64,000 nt of DNA, taken from positions 1 through 64,000 of IMG/VR virus record IMGVR_UViG_3300031669_000001. One strand, 5' to 3'. Positions 37,097 through 46,611 of the stretch are shown here, one piece after another. The position numbers were made by a program, and so were the translations under genes. How positions within the stretch are numbered: position 1 is the stretch's first letter; each line of letters begins with the position of its first letter. The notes beneath the pieces are model-generated. The model did not search any database, was not told where the DNA came from, and saw only the letters and a program-made list of their open reading frames with translations.

Positions 37097-37692
37097 AAAA
37101 TGCTCCTCTGCCTAGGTTTACAGTTGACACCATGCCAACGGTTAAAATTTGCTTGTCCGCCAATACTTTTAAGACATTTTGGACAAATTATTTTCTTTTT
37201 TGGTTTACTCAAGTTTGCTTTATGTTCATTTGATTTAGGAATTCCTTTACATGTTACTAAAGTTCCATCTTTACTCTTGCGTAAACGTGTTTCACTTATC
37301 TTCTTACCTACTCCAGGTCTTTTCTTACCTAAAAGTTGATTTAATCTTTTTCTTTGATGTTCATTCGTTTGAATTTTTCCAAGCGCATGACCAGGTTTAA
37401 AATCTCCACCATCTAAACCATTTTCAGGTATTAGATTCAACCAACGATCAGATTTAACAATATCTTGTTGTTGTGAAAAGAGGAATGCTATTCGTGTGCA
37501 TTCATCTTTGTCAGTGAACAATTTATACCACAAAGTTTCAACATGCTCAACACCATGACGTTTTATATGACGTCTCCAATGAATACCAGATCCTAAATAT
37601 TTGATAGGATTTTTTCCTGTGGTCTTACCAAAGTAACATTTGCCAGTAATGGCATGTTGCTTTATGTAGAGATAAGTCGCTGGAAACAGAAT
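37093..37692 (-). mobile_element. GIY-YIG homing endonuclease gene lacking a canonical start codon
   Basis: Frame open from 37692: ILFPATYLYIKQH...YFGKT...YLGSG.HWRRHI; the ORF track starts only at TTG 37533, after the catalytic motifs. Confidence 0.75.
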
Positions 37693-38214
37693 TTATTTTC
37701 CTAGTACGTTCGGGTCAAACTCAAACGGCCAAGGACACTTTGATAGACTTGCATTGCTGTATCGATGGTCGTTGCTAACTTCACCAGCGATCCACATCGG
37801 AAGGATTACTTCCTGATCTTCAGAAGCCAACTCTATCTCAGCGATGATCAAGCCTTTGTTGTTGGTCCTGAATCGATCTACTTCCCAAAGCTGTCCATGT
37901 TGATCAGGGATGATGTGACGAACCTTCTCGATGATCTTTCCTTCATTACAGAAGTTAGTTAGCAGCGCGCTGGCTACATCAAAGTCAATTTGAGTCTCAA
38001 TCTCAACACGCTTGATCCCAACTGATTTCCCCTTGACGGTAAGGAAAGCGTAGATGTCGTTGTCTCCAGTAAGCTCTTCAACAAGACGAACTCTGATCGT
38101 CTTCGCTGGATCAGTAGACAAGAAGCCTTGCGTGATCTTCTCGATCCTAATTGCTTCAGCCCATGGAACATCAGACGTAGTCAAGAACTTTCTTTCTATC
38201 TCAAACATTTGCAT
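37693..38214 (-). CDS. CYTH-domain protein (triphosphatase/adenylate cyclase family)
   Basis: EIERKFL, IRVR, LTVKG, EKVR, WEVD, AEIEL, RYSNASL. Confidence 0.9.
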   Translation of the reverse strand: MQMFEIERKFLTTSDVPWAEAIRIEKITQGFLSTDPAKTIRVRLVEELTGDNDIYAFLTVKGKSVGIKRVEIETQIDFDVASALLTNFCNEGKIIEKVRHIIPDQHGQLWEVDRFRTNNKGLIIAEIELASEDQEVILPMWIAGEVSNDHRYSNASLSKCPWPFEFDPNVLGK

Positions 38215-38611
38215 CTCCTAATAACCACACGTAAGTCGGTCTCAAGTTCTCAACAAACTTGTACACCTGCTTGTTTGACGGGTCAAATAACTCTTCACCA
38301 TCCCAATAAATCATGTGCTCTCCACCCCCATAATTCAAACTTACAACTTGAATGAGAGCCTTGCGTTTCCAGATTAGAGCTTGCACATATTTCTTGTCAA
38401 GATTTTGTGTCCATATAGACAGCGCATTTTGACCTTCAATGAAACCTGCCATCTTCAAAGCTTCTTTCAGCGTGCTGTCGTAGCAACCTTTGGCGAGTTC
38501 TATCTTCTTACGGAATGCAGGCTTGAACATTGAACTGTAAGGTCTTCCCGTCGCCATTGCAAGTGATGCCAATACACAATCAGATTCACCTTTCTGCTTT
38601 ACAATCTTCAT
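38201..38611 (-). CDS. Papain-fold C39-like peptidase
   Basis: Q....DC..A..AM..G; H...WDG....DP. Confidence 0.6.
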   Translation of the reverse strand: MKIVKQKGESDCVLASLAMATGRPYSSMFKPAFRKKIELAKGCYDSTLKEALKMAGFIEGQNALSIWTQNLDKKYVQALIWKRKALIQVVSLNYGGGEHMIYWDGEELFDPSNKQVYKFVENLRPTYVWLLGDANV

Positions 38612-39003
38612 GCTAGTAACCTGTTCACCGCGATTTCTGCTTCTGCCATACTTTTTACCTGGACATCACTATGATGCAGCAGCCAAGGACTTAGTGGTTT
38701 CCCGCTGATGTCAATGACGACGACAGGTTTGCCGAGTGTATGTTTCGCATAGAAAACTTCCATTGAAGTTCCCACGGATGGCTTTTCATAAAACACAACG
38801 ATAAGATCGGAATTGTTGATGTCTTCGATATCTCCATCAACGATTTCTTTTGCTATGCCTGGCTCTAATTCCCTACCGCGATAATCACGATTCATTGGAT
38901 CTATACATTCATAGTTCCAAGTATTCTTGATAAGATCTCTCCAGTTTGTAGCTTCAAAATCAGTGCAACCGTTTATCGGACCGCATAAGTATATCTTCTT
39001 CAT
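38608..39003 (-). CDS. Nucleoside 2-deoxyribosyltransferase-like hydrolase
   Basis: IYLCGP, D...I..SD, SVGTSME. Confidence 0.8.
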   Translation of the reverse strand: MKKIYLCGPINGCTDFEATNWRDLIKNTWNYECIDPMNRDYRGRELEPGIAKEIVDGDIEDINNSDLIVVFYEKPSVGTSMEVFYAKHTLGKPVVVIDISGKPLSPWLLHHSDVQVKSMAEAEIAVNRLLA

Positions 39004-39467
39004 GATGTTACTTCCTTCTTCAATAGTTTAAGTTCATCTTTTTGGAGCCCGTGAGCCTCACCTAGTTCCATGATTTCATCTGCTGAGAACAATCTGACTG
39101 TGTCTTCTGCTTCCTTTAGAGACATGTGATAGTGTTCTGCTATCAACTCCACAGATTTCTTACTCTTCTTTGTTCCACCTGTCTTGTAGTTAATCCAAGT
39201 GTAGCGCTTCTTATCTCCAGATGAACACACTGTCAACAGCTTCAAGAATAGTTCCTTGTGTTCTGGTAAACTGAAGACCGCTAGGTTGACAACCTCATTC
39301 AAGAAGATTATCTGTCTTTGATCAGTAGTTCCAGCCATCCACCTCATGGTAACAAGTGGGGAAAACTCTTTCTTCTGATCATCGCTAAGCGAATCCCATA
39401 GCTTGTAGTTCTTCTTGTCAATTTCACCTAACAGCATGAAAATGTCAAGAGCTCTTTCTTTAACCAT
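39000..39467 (-). CDS. Clamp loader small subunit (T4 gp62-like)
   Basis: K..FSP....RWM...LNE.VN...HKEL pattern; adjacent to gp44-like gene. Confidence 0.6.
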   Translation of the reverse strand: MVKERALDIFMLLGEIDKKNYKLWDSLSDDQKKEFSPLVTMRWMAGTTDQRQIIFLNEVVNLAVFSLPEHKELFLKLLTVCSSGDKKRYTWINYKTGGTKKSKKSVELIAEHYHMSLKEAEDTVRLFSADEIMELGEAHGLQKDELKLLKKEVTS

Positions 39468-39651
39468 CTATCTTGCACCTAACTTTTGCTACGCGAATAT
39501 CTCTGTGTAGATTCTCGATTCGTTCGAGCAGCTCAAGCTCACGAGACCTTGGAACCATCTCTATGTCGTCTGAGTGTTCACCGTTGGTCAACACATATTC
39601 ACCTTGTACTTCACGCACAAATATTTTATTCTTCATCATCATCATCGTCAT
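39460..39651 (-). CDS. Hypothetical protein
   Basis: Operon packing. Confidence 0.5.
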   Translation of the reverse strand: MTMMMMKNKIFVREVQGEYVLTNGEHSDDIEMVPRSRELELLERIENLHRDIRVAKVRCKIDG

Positions 39652-39713
39652 CTGGTCCCAAAAATAAAACTGCTGTTAAAAACATTGCTAGCACCCAAAA
39701 AGCTGGATTCACA

Positions 39714-40664
39714 TCATTCTCCTATTGCGTTGGACAACTTGATACATGTGGCTTCAAAGTTAAGGTGTGGAATCGCGACGAGCGCATGTTTGTAAACCCC
39801 ATCAAGAATGATACAGAGAGCTTGCTCATACGCATTTCTATCAGAGACGTACTTTGGGTGCTTGCCAATGTTGCGATATAAAAACTCGTAAACTTCAGTG
39901 ATCTGTTCTGCTGTACATTGCTCTGTTACGAGCTTGCGAATGTCTCTCAGCTTTCCTTCAAGGATGAAGTCGAGCAGCTTGAACTGATAGTCACCGCCTT
40001 CTGAATCATGAACTGGATTTCCAAGGACACCATTCGTCGTGTTCAACTGCATGTTGTTGATCATCTTGCGGATGTCTGGATAAGCCTGATCTACATACTT
40101 GTCGACTATCTCCGGATCAAATTCTACACCTTCGATTGTGAGAATTTCAAACATTCGCATGAGAACGTCATCACGACTTGGTGCCTTGAATCGCAGTTGC
40201 TGCATCCTTGATTTGATGGCGGGGATGATCTTATTTTCATAGTTGCAAGTGCAGATGAAGCGACATGTATCCGCGTTCTCTTCGAGGACTGCACGTAACA
40301 TGCCTTGAGCTGCTGGTGACATGTAGTCAAACTCTTCTAGCTTGACGACTTTGAACTTTCCAATAGGGTAGGTGCTTGCGAAGCTGAGGATTGTATCACG
40401 GATGTAATCAATGCCGGTTTTGTCAGACGCGTTGATCCGCATGACGTCAGCTTCATCGACACCCATCTCGTTGATTAGAATCTCTGCAAGAGTTGTCTTA
40501 CCTGAACCTTGAATGCCTGTTAAAAGCAGGTGAGGAATCTCACCGCTTCCAACTATACGTTCGATCTGTTCTTTTTGCTTGTCACTTTGAAAAACGTAAC
40601 CGCTTAATGTGCTTGGACGATGAGCTTCAAACCATAACTTTTTGACTGCCATACTAAACTCCAA
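39714..40664 (-). CDS. Clamp loader AAA+ subunit (T4 gp44/RFC-like)
   Basis: LWFEAHRP, GIQGSGKT, INASD, LEEFD, SRM arginine finger. Confidence 0.92.
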   Translation of the reverse strand: MEFSMAVKKLWFEAHRPSTLSGYVFQSDKQKEQIERIVGSGEIPHLLLTGIQGSGKTTLAEILINEMGVDEADVMRINASDKTGIDYIRDTILSFASTYPIGKFKVVKLEEFDYMSPAAQGMLRAVLEENADTCRFICTCNYENKIIPAIKSRMQQLRFKAPSRDDVLMRMFEILTIEGVEFDPEIVDKYVDQAYPDIRKMINNMQLNTTNGVLGNPVHDSEGGDYQFKLLDFILEGKLRDIRKLVTEQCTAEQITEVYEFLYRNIGKHPKYVSDRNAYEQALCIILDGVYKHALVAIPHLNFEATCIKLSNAIGE

Positions 40665-40706
40665 TGATTAGATGGCTATTATAATTCTATTGACGCTACA
40701 AGAACA

Positions 40707-42071
40707 TTATTGGTACAAAGATTTTTTGGTTGATGTAGATTCAGCGACAGAGAATAGAGCTTCTGGCATGTGAATCTTAATGTCCTCTAATGAGCTCTTG
40801 AGAGGTTGTTCTACTATCAAATCGGCTTGAGGAGAACCGGAATAATTGATATCGCCGTTGATTTCAGTAACAGGAATTGCTGGAGTGTAATCTTGAACCA
40901 TCTCTACTAAGACGCCTGCTGTATCTATTTCATACTCATCATCTTCAGGCTTCTCGCCAGTATCTATGTCGTCATAAACCAAAGACATCAATTCACGTTC
41001 TTCCTCTGTCAAAGGCTCTTCTTTAGGAGTTGGAATTTCAATAACGTGATCTGCCCAACCGATGGATTGTGGAGTTACCATCGTAACCTTTTCAGGTATT
41101 ACCTCGCCTTCGTCATCGACAGATACTACCTCAAATGGAAACTCTTCTTTGAATTCTGGACTGAGAGCTTCCGTAAATTCTTGTGCAACAACCTGCTCAG
41201 TCGGCGGTGGACTTTCTTCAGCTTCAGTTGGAATGTATATCTCACCTCGCTTTGAGATAATATCATCGTCATCTTTGTGCGACCATGAAGAATCTGGCAG
41301 CGGAAATTGAACGGGAGGTTCTTCATCGTTAGCCTCGTGTCTTAGCTTAACCAAGAAGTTACCAGCTAACAACAATCCCGTAGCCAATGGATCGAAGACG
41401 AAGATGAGGATCATGATGACCCACTTGCTCGCTTCTTCTATCGAGATGTTGAATGCTTTTGCGACGTAGATGATTGGGCCTGCGTGAACGTTCTGATCGA
41501 TGTTCTCGCTTTGAACTTTGAGAATATCAGCCGTCAACTCATCGTTGCGCTTGTTGATCGTGTTTAGACGAGATCTGATTCTCTCTTGTTCAGGTTTAAA
41601 GGAATAGATCAGACGCTGACGACCTCTAATGTAGTTGCTTGGAAGCTGCGCTACCTGCTTATCCATGTCAGCTTGTTCTGTCTTCAATGAATCTCTCTCA
41701 GCGATCAGAGATGCCTGTTCGTGTTGATAAGATTCTACCTTGAGAGTGACCTCCATGACAGGTTGAACAGCTTTTTGAAACGCTCCAGACAGATATCCAA
41801 ACGCACCAACCGACGTGATCGTCATGAGAACGATAACTGCTGCAAGCATGTAGTACTTGAACTTTGACTTAATTCGATTCCAATATTGATAGAGGAAAGA
41901 AACTGTAACGACCTTCGCGATGTCTAGGATCACCGCCATCGTAAGAATTACAGGATCACCTGCAAACAACGCCCCCAAGCCAAACACTGAGATGTAAGTC
42001 CCAATGGACTCCATCCCAAAAGCGTTTGCAAAAATCGTGAAGATGAAAAGTTTGCTAGGCTTGAGCTTCAT
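40707..42071 (-). CDS. Membrane protein with coiled coil and acidic tail
   Basis: 3-4 N-terminal TMs, coiled coil, GPIIYVA...IFVFDPLA TM, acidic C-terminus. Confidence 0.75.
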   Translation of the reverse strand: MKLKPSKLFIFTIFANAFGMESIGTYISVFGLGALFAGDPVILTMAVILDIAKVVTVSFLYQYWNRIKSKFKYYMLAAVIVLMTITSVGAFGYLSGAFQKAVQPVMEVTLKVESYQHEQASLIAERDSLKTEQADMDKQVAQLPSNYIRGRQRLIYSFKPEQERIRSRLNTINKRNDELTADILKVQSENIDQNVHAGPIIYVAKAFNISIEEASKWVIMILIFVFDPLATGLLLAGNFLVKLRHEANDEEPPVQFPLPDSSWSHKDDDDIISKRGEIYIPTEAEESPPPTEQVVAQEFTEALSPEFKEEFPFEVVSVDDEGEVIPEKVTMVTPQSIGWADHVIEIPTPKEEPLTEEERELMSLVYDDIDTGEKPEDDEYEIDTAGVLVEMVQDYTPAIPVTEINGDINYSGSPQADLIVEQPLKSSLEDIKIHMPEALFSVAESTSTKKSLYQ

Positions 42072-42385
42072 CAGTAAGTTTCACCAGGTTCATCGCTGAC
42101 ACCGATGATCTTGTCTTCATCAGTCTTCCAGTAACGAGCATCACCTATGTAAAAACCGAAGGTCCACTTACCAGGCTCGATCAGAATGAAGTCACCAACG
42201 TTTACCTCTGTAACATCTGGACCAACGAACAAGGCTTCACCCCAACGAGGCATCAGCGTTTGATTGCCGTCGCCTGATGTAACAAGGATTCCTGAAGCTG
42301 CTTTGTTTACGAATCGGGTTTGAGTGACATCTTCGGTGAACTTGAAGATGATGTTACTTTGGATCGCTTCTATCTGCTGTGTCAT
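42071..42385 (-). CDS. groES: Co-chaperonin GroES-like protein
   Basis: ASGILV mobile loop, VGPDV.EVNVGD, DEDKIIG. Confidence 0.75.
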   Translation of the reverse strand: MTQQIEAIQSNIIFKFTEDVTQTRFVNKAASGILVTSGDGNQTLMPRWGEALFVGPDVTEVNVGDFILIEPGKWTFGFYIGDARYWKTDEDKIIGVSDEPGETY

Positions 42386-42800
42386 TTATTTCTTCTTTCG
42401 TATAGTTTGGTGTTGTGGGTAACGGGTTAACTGAGAGAATCGCGCTGTAAGAATCTTCAATTCCATTAGGGTGTAAGCCACAGGGTTCACGACGGTACGT
42501 TACATCCCAAGTTATAGATTCAACGTTGACAGTTTCAAAGGTATAAGGGTTAATAATGTCTCTGTATTCAGGCTTTTCATTTCTACGAGTTGCGATAAAT
42601 GTTGAAGTGCCGCGAGACATCTCGTCTCCACCTATAACTCTATGACAGATCACAGTGTGAACGGCTGGATCCTGATAAGCTCCATAGATGACTTCGCCTT
42701 CACATAAGTTAAACACTCTGACGCCAGGAATCGTGAGTTCAAGCTCATGTTTCCTTGAATTGATCTTCAATGTCTTATCTTTGTGTTTGAGCATCATCAT
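42354..42800 (-). CDS. Hypothetical protein
   Basis: Operon packing. Confidence 0.55.
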   Translation of the reverse strand: MMMLKHKDKTLKINSRKHELELTIPGVRVFNLCEGEVIYGAYQDPAVHTVICHRVIGGDEMSRGTSTFIATRRNEKPEYRDIINPYTFETVNVESITWDVTYRREPCGLHPNGIEDSYSAILSVNPLPTTPNYTKEEINDTADRSDPK

Positions 42801-42801
42801 G

Positions 42802-43029
42802 CTATTCCTGATAATAATCTTTGATCTCTTTAGTAGTCATAGGCTTTTTAGAGAAAACTATACCATGAGTATCTGAACCTTTTGTCATCGGTAAGTCATA
42901 CACAAAAAGTCCTAACTTCTTTAGAATTTTCTTCAGCTCTTTTGCAGTTTCATCGCTCAAATCCCGATGATCAGCCAAGAGCAATTGATGAGTAACTACT
43001 TCTTCTATCAAAAATGATTTGAATAGCAT
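42802..43029 (-). CDS. Small protein with capsid-targeting-like N-terminus
   Basis: MLFKSFLIE-E. Confidence 0.6.
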   Translation of the reverse strand: MLFKSFLIEEVVTHQLLLADHRDLSDETAKELKKILKKLGLFVYDLPMTKGSDTHGIVFSKKPMTTKEIKDYYQE

Positions 43030-43030
43030 T

Positions 43031-43414
43031 TTATTTTTTTCCATAATGAGATGATCCGCCAATGCGAACGCCTAGAAACAGACCCATAGCTTTCCAGTGT
43101 GGAGTACCGGTTGCAATTGCAGCTTCTCTCAACACACAATCACACTTGTAGCGAGAAAATGGTGCTGTTGAATAGACGTAATCGTGCAGCGTTGCAGCTT
43201 CTGATGCGATGTCACCAAAGATGGAGAAAAATAGCGCGGGCCATCTTGGCACAGATGCGAAGTCTGTGACGTAACCAACAGGAACTGTAAGAGTACCAAC
43301 TCCCGTGATATCAGATTTATAAACGAGAGGCGCTGTCAACGACCATGTGCCACGACCTTGTGCTGCGCTTTGATCTACGAGTTCAACTTCTAACTTTGAT
43401 TGGAATGATGCCAT
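43031..43414 (-). CDS. DUF1353-family protein
   Basis: VPVGYVTDFASVP...AATLHDY.Y...CD..L.EA; GGAGG SD at 43414. Confidence 0.8.
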   Translation of the reverse strand: MASFQSKLEVELVDQSAAQGRGTWSLTAPLVYKSDITGVGTLTVPVGYVTDFASVPRWPALFFSIFGDIASEAATLHDYVYSTAPFSRYKCDCVLREAAIATGTPHWKAMGLFLGVRIGGSSHYGKK

Positions 43415-43424
43415 GTTTTCCTCC

Positions 43425-44060
43425 TTAGATGTGTGCAAGCTTTTTAAGAGCTGCAAGTTTTCTGTCATATTTACTAGCCCATGACGTGACGCTTTTGATA
43501 ACCTTTTTGATAGCAGAAACTATTCCAGCTTTCAAGTCACCAATCAAACCTTCGTTCACTTTAGCTTTGACAGATAAAGCTGGAGACTTGTCTTCCTGCT
43601 TGGTGATCGTAGTGTAAGCTGCGGCGATCTCATCAACCTTCGCTTGAAGCTCGTCTGGGATCAGCTTTGCGAGTTCTTCAGCGATGGCTTTGTAGTCAAC
43701 GACAATCTTATCATCTTGCTTTGACTTTTTGGAAACCGTGAGAGTGAATGAAACGGTGTCTATCACTCGCGTAAGCACTATGTCCTCAGCGGCGAAGAGG
43801 TCTTCAACCTTCTCCTTGATGTCTGCGTTCAATTCTTTCTTCTTCTCACCCATAACCTTGATGGCTTTATCAAGACGATCGTAACGAGCTGCAAGCTTGG
43901 TCAACACGCCTGATTCATTGCCGTTGAGTTCGACGATGACGCGATCAAGCTGTTTCTTAACGAGTTTTTCTGTGTAAGTTAGATCTTCACGGCGCTTACG
44001 ATTTTCATCAGCTTCAGTGAGAATCAGGTGTTCTTTAAGGGTTAAATTATTGGGTGTCAT
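43425..44060 (-). CDS. Coiled-coil protein, candidate processed head/core protein
   Basis: LKEHLILTE-A and VNE-G motifs; helical. Confidence 0.65.
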   Translation of the reverse strand: MTPNNLTLKEHLILTEADENRKRREDLTYTEKLVKKQLDRVIVELNGNESGVLTKLAARYDRLDKAIKVMGEKKKELNADIKEKVEDLFAAEDIVLTRVIDTVSFTLTVSKKSKQDDKIVVDYKAIAEELAKLIPDELQAKVDEIAAAYTTITKQEDKSPALSVKAKVNEGLIGDLKAGIVSAIKKVIKSVTSWASKYDRKLAALKKLAHI

Positions 44061-44349
44061 TTACTATGCTTCCTTGTACGTTCTCAAATGGTCCACCATG
44101 TTCTACTATAAGACCGGATACTGATGGTGGTATGCTGATTCTTGCGCCGTGTGCTATGTTTGGTGCGTTAAGAATTTCTATGCCCTTGTAATTCTCTGTT
44201 GCAGGTGGAGTTATAATTCCACCGTGTACTACTGTAGGATCTTCATTATAAGATGCTGTCACTGTCTCAAAGACGTAAGAGTCATTTGAACCTGGCGGTA
44301 CTCCAATTTTCTTTATAGGTCCACCATAATTTGTAGGTCTCATTGACAT
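44047..44349 (-). CDS. HGGP-repeat protein A
   Basis: YGGPI, HGGII, HGARI, HGGPF. Confidence 0.65.
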   Translation of the reverse strand: MSMRPTNYGGPIKKIGVPPGSNDSYVFETVTASYNEDPTVVHGGIITPPATENYKGIEILNAPNIAHGARISIPPSVSGLIVEHGGPFENVQGSIVNDTQ

Positions 44350-44358
44350 CCAGATACC

Positions 44359-44616
44359 TCACATTTCATTATCAACATCACCATAGGTTCCTCTAAAGTT
44401 CAGAGGTAGTTGAATCGGTCCGCCGTGCACTGGTGGTACGTTTGTAGTCTTCTCGTCGATGTTAGAAGTAGCTTCATACGGCAAGATAGCTGAAGGGGTT
44501 TTGATGATCCCACCAGCAGTCACATCGTATTGTGGCGGTATAGTCACGTCTACAGGTTTGATTGGCCCACCGTGAACTGGGTGGTGATTATCGAATTGTG
44601 GACGCTGAGCAGCCAT
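44359..44616 (-). CDS. HGGP-repeat protein B
   Basis: PVHGGPI twice, AGGII. Confidence 0.65.
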   Translation of the reverse strand: MAAQRPQFDNHHPVHGGPIKPVDVTIPPQYDVTAGGIIKTPSAILPYEATSNIDEKTTNVPPVHGGPIQLPLNFRGTYGDVDNEM

Positions 44617-44867
44617 TACTTCTTCTTTTTCGCTGGAGCTTTGACAGGAATTTCCAACTCGACAGCTTCCTGTTCTGTAAAATCAATCACTTCTGTAATC
44701 TCAGTTGTAGCTGCTTTTGATCCGCGAGCTTTTCCTTCTTTTGAATCGATGAATTCTTTACGACGAGCAACCTCGATGTTCATCGGGGCCTGTGCAAGCT
44801 GTTGCTTGATGATAATCGTGTCGAAGTCTAACTGCACTCCACGTGCTGTTCTGACTATTCTTGGCAT
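44616..44867 (-). CDS. Hypothetical protein
   Basis: GGAG SD; RTARG..LD motif. Confidence 0.7.
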   Translation of the reverse strand: MPRIVRTARGVQLDFDTIIIKQQLAQAPMNIEVARRKEFIDSKEGKARGSKAATTEITEVIDFTEQEAVELEIPVKAPAKKKK

Positions 44868-44878
44868 GACATATTCTC

Positions 44879-45439
44879 CTATAATTTTATGAAGTCTGTG
44901 ATCTCGATGTCGTACTCGACGGGATCGACTTCATGTAGACCGAGAAGATACAGTAAGTAGCTTGAACATGAACTTCCACGTCCTACTCCCCAGATGACTT
45001 TCTTTTCCTTCATCACGTCTATCACGTAGATGAGAGTTCTTAGAACATCGTCTAGCTTAAGCTGCTTGAACATCCAGATTTCTGTAGAGAGGCGTTCAAC
45101 ACGTTTCTCATAGAGATCATCTTTCTCAATCCGATCGACCAACCCAATGAGGTAATCTTCGAGATTCAGATCATATTTATAGCGATCGGGCAGCTTCCAT
45201 TCTGGAGGGAACTTAACGTTGCATTCTGTCTTAATCTTCAGCTCATGGTCGCTGATTGAGTTATAGGCGAGGATTTCAGGAGTGATTGATGTGACATATA
45301 ACTTCTCGATACCGTGCGTCTCAGATGACATCCTGAGTATGTACGAGACGATTGAATCAGGGTCTACAGAAATTGTACCATCTGGCCAGAGCAGATGGTC
45401 TTCAACTACTATCGGAAGGAGCTCACTTGAGGGCTTCAT
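44879..45439 (-). CDS. dnaE: DnaE-like polymerase N-terminal fragment
   Basis: WGVGRGSSCSSYLLYLLGLHEVDPVEYDI matches DnaE GPGRGS.AGS..AY.L.IT..DP..YDL. Confidence 0.8.
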   Translation of the reverse strand: MKPSSELLPIVVEDHLLWPDGTISVDPDSIVSYILRMSSETHGIEKLYVTSITPEILAYNSISDHELKIKTECNVKFPPEWKLPDRYKYDLNLEDYLIGLVDRIEKDDLYEKRVERLSTEIWMFKQLKLDDVLRTLIYVIDVMKEKKVIWGVGRGSSCSSYLLYLLGLHEVDPVEYDIEITDFIKL

Positions 45440-46505
45440 CGACGAGTCTCTTTAACCAGCCAAGGTCAGCTACAACGTCAGTTTGAGGTGGATTGAGCAT
45501 GTCCCATTGTTGGATCTGTTGTAGTGCAGTGCGAAGCTTCATAACTTCAGAAGATTCACCCTTTCTGAATTTTGTAACTGCTTCCACAAATTCTTTATCC
45601 GTCTTTGCTTTTAGACGGGTGCGTGGCAACTTGTCTGCTAATTCTAAGATGAGTGGAAGCTTTGCAAGCTTCATTCTCCACTCAAGTGGAATTCCATCTT
45701 CGCCGTAAAATGCTCCTGCAACTTGACCGCAAATAGCAGCTGTGGTGTCTGCATCATCACCGAGATTAGCAGCCTTTAGGATCGCATCTCGAAAATTGTC
45801 TGTCGTGTAGAAACACCAAAGAGCAGCTTCAAGGCTTTGAATAACGTAACCAGATCCCACGATCTCTTTTTCTGACTTGTCGACATAGGTTCCATCTGCA
45901 ATGTCTTGAATGCTCTTTGACATAAAGCTGTCATGTTGACAGAATAGAATTTCTTCTTTGTTCAAATAGTCAGAGTGTAGAGCGTTGAAGATGATAGCTC
46001 CTAACAACTTACAAGCTTCAATGCACTGAGGTGCAGAGTGAGTAGTCCTAGAGCTCAACCCTGAATTGAACACCGCTAAAGTTCTATTGTCATGAAAGAA
46101 CATTGGAACAGGTGCGAGACGCATGATGCTACCATTGCCTAGAGAGTAATCATCGTGCCACGCAACTTCTGAACCGATTTCTTGAAAGTCTCTAAGAGCT
46201 CTCCGAGTAGTTCCACCAATGTCAAAGCAGTGACCGTTGCTGCTCATGTAACCGAGATTGAGCCAATCCACATACTTTTGAAGCTGATCGACAGCATCCA
46301 TTCCACCTTTGTCTACCAAGCTCTGAGCTAAACAGAGAGCCATCGAGGTGTCATCTGTCCATTGACCAGGCTCGAGGTTAAATGCACCACCGCCTACCAT
46401 GTCAGTGACAGGTTCAAATTCACCTCGAGTCTGAAACTCAACAGTTGTACCTACTGCATCGCCGCATGCAAGTCCTAACAACGCACCTCGAAATTTATCG
46501 TTCAT
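45423..46505 (-). CDS. ADP-ribosylglycohydrolase (DraG/ARH family)
   Basis: LGLACGDAVG, GQWTDDT, GNGSIMR, TTH, GDDADTT. Confidence 0.92.
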   Translation of the reverse strand: MNDKFRGALLGLACGDAVGTTVEFQTRGEFEPVTDMVGGGAFNLEPGQWTDDTSMALCLAQSLVDKGGMDAVDQLQKYVDWLNLGYMSSNGHCFDIGGTTRRALRDFQEIGSEVAWHDDYSLGNGSIMRLAPVPMFFHDNRTLAVFNSGLSSRTTHSAPQCIEACKLLGAIIFNALHSDYLNKEEILFCQHDSFMSKSIQDIADGTYVDKSEKEIVGSGYVIQSLEAALWCFYTTDNFRDAILKAANLGDDADTTAAICGQVAGAFYGEDGIPLEWRMKLAKLPLILELADKLPRTRLKAKTDKEFVEAVTKFRKGESSEVMKLRTALQQIQQWDMLNPPQTDVVADLGWLKRLVDEALK

Positions 46506-46611
46506 TCTTTTGCCTTTATTATGTACAGATAGCACAGCCCTAAAGCTACAGCGATAACAGAACCGCCTAAAGCTCCACTTAGAGCAGCAACTGTCATATC
46601 TTCAAATGTTA

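Noticed and set aside
26024-45439. Split-intein trans-splicing of DnaE
   Set aside because: No intein motifs; the fragments end in ITDFIKL and begin with MDIDID.
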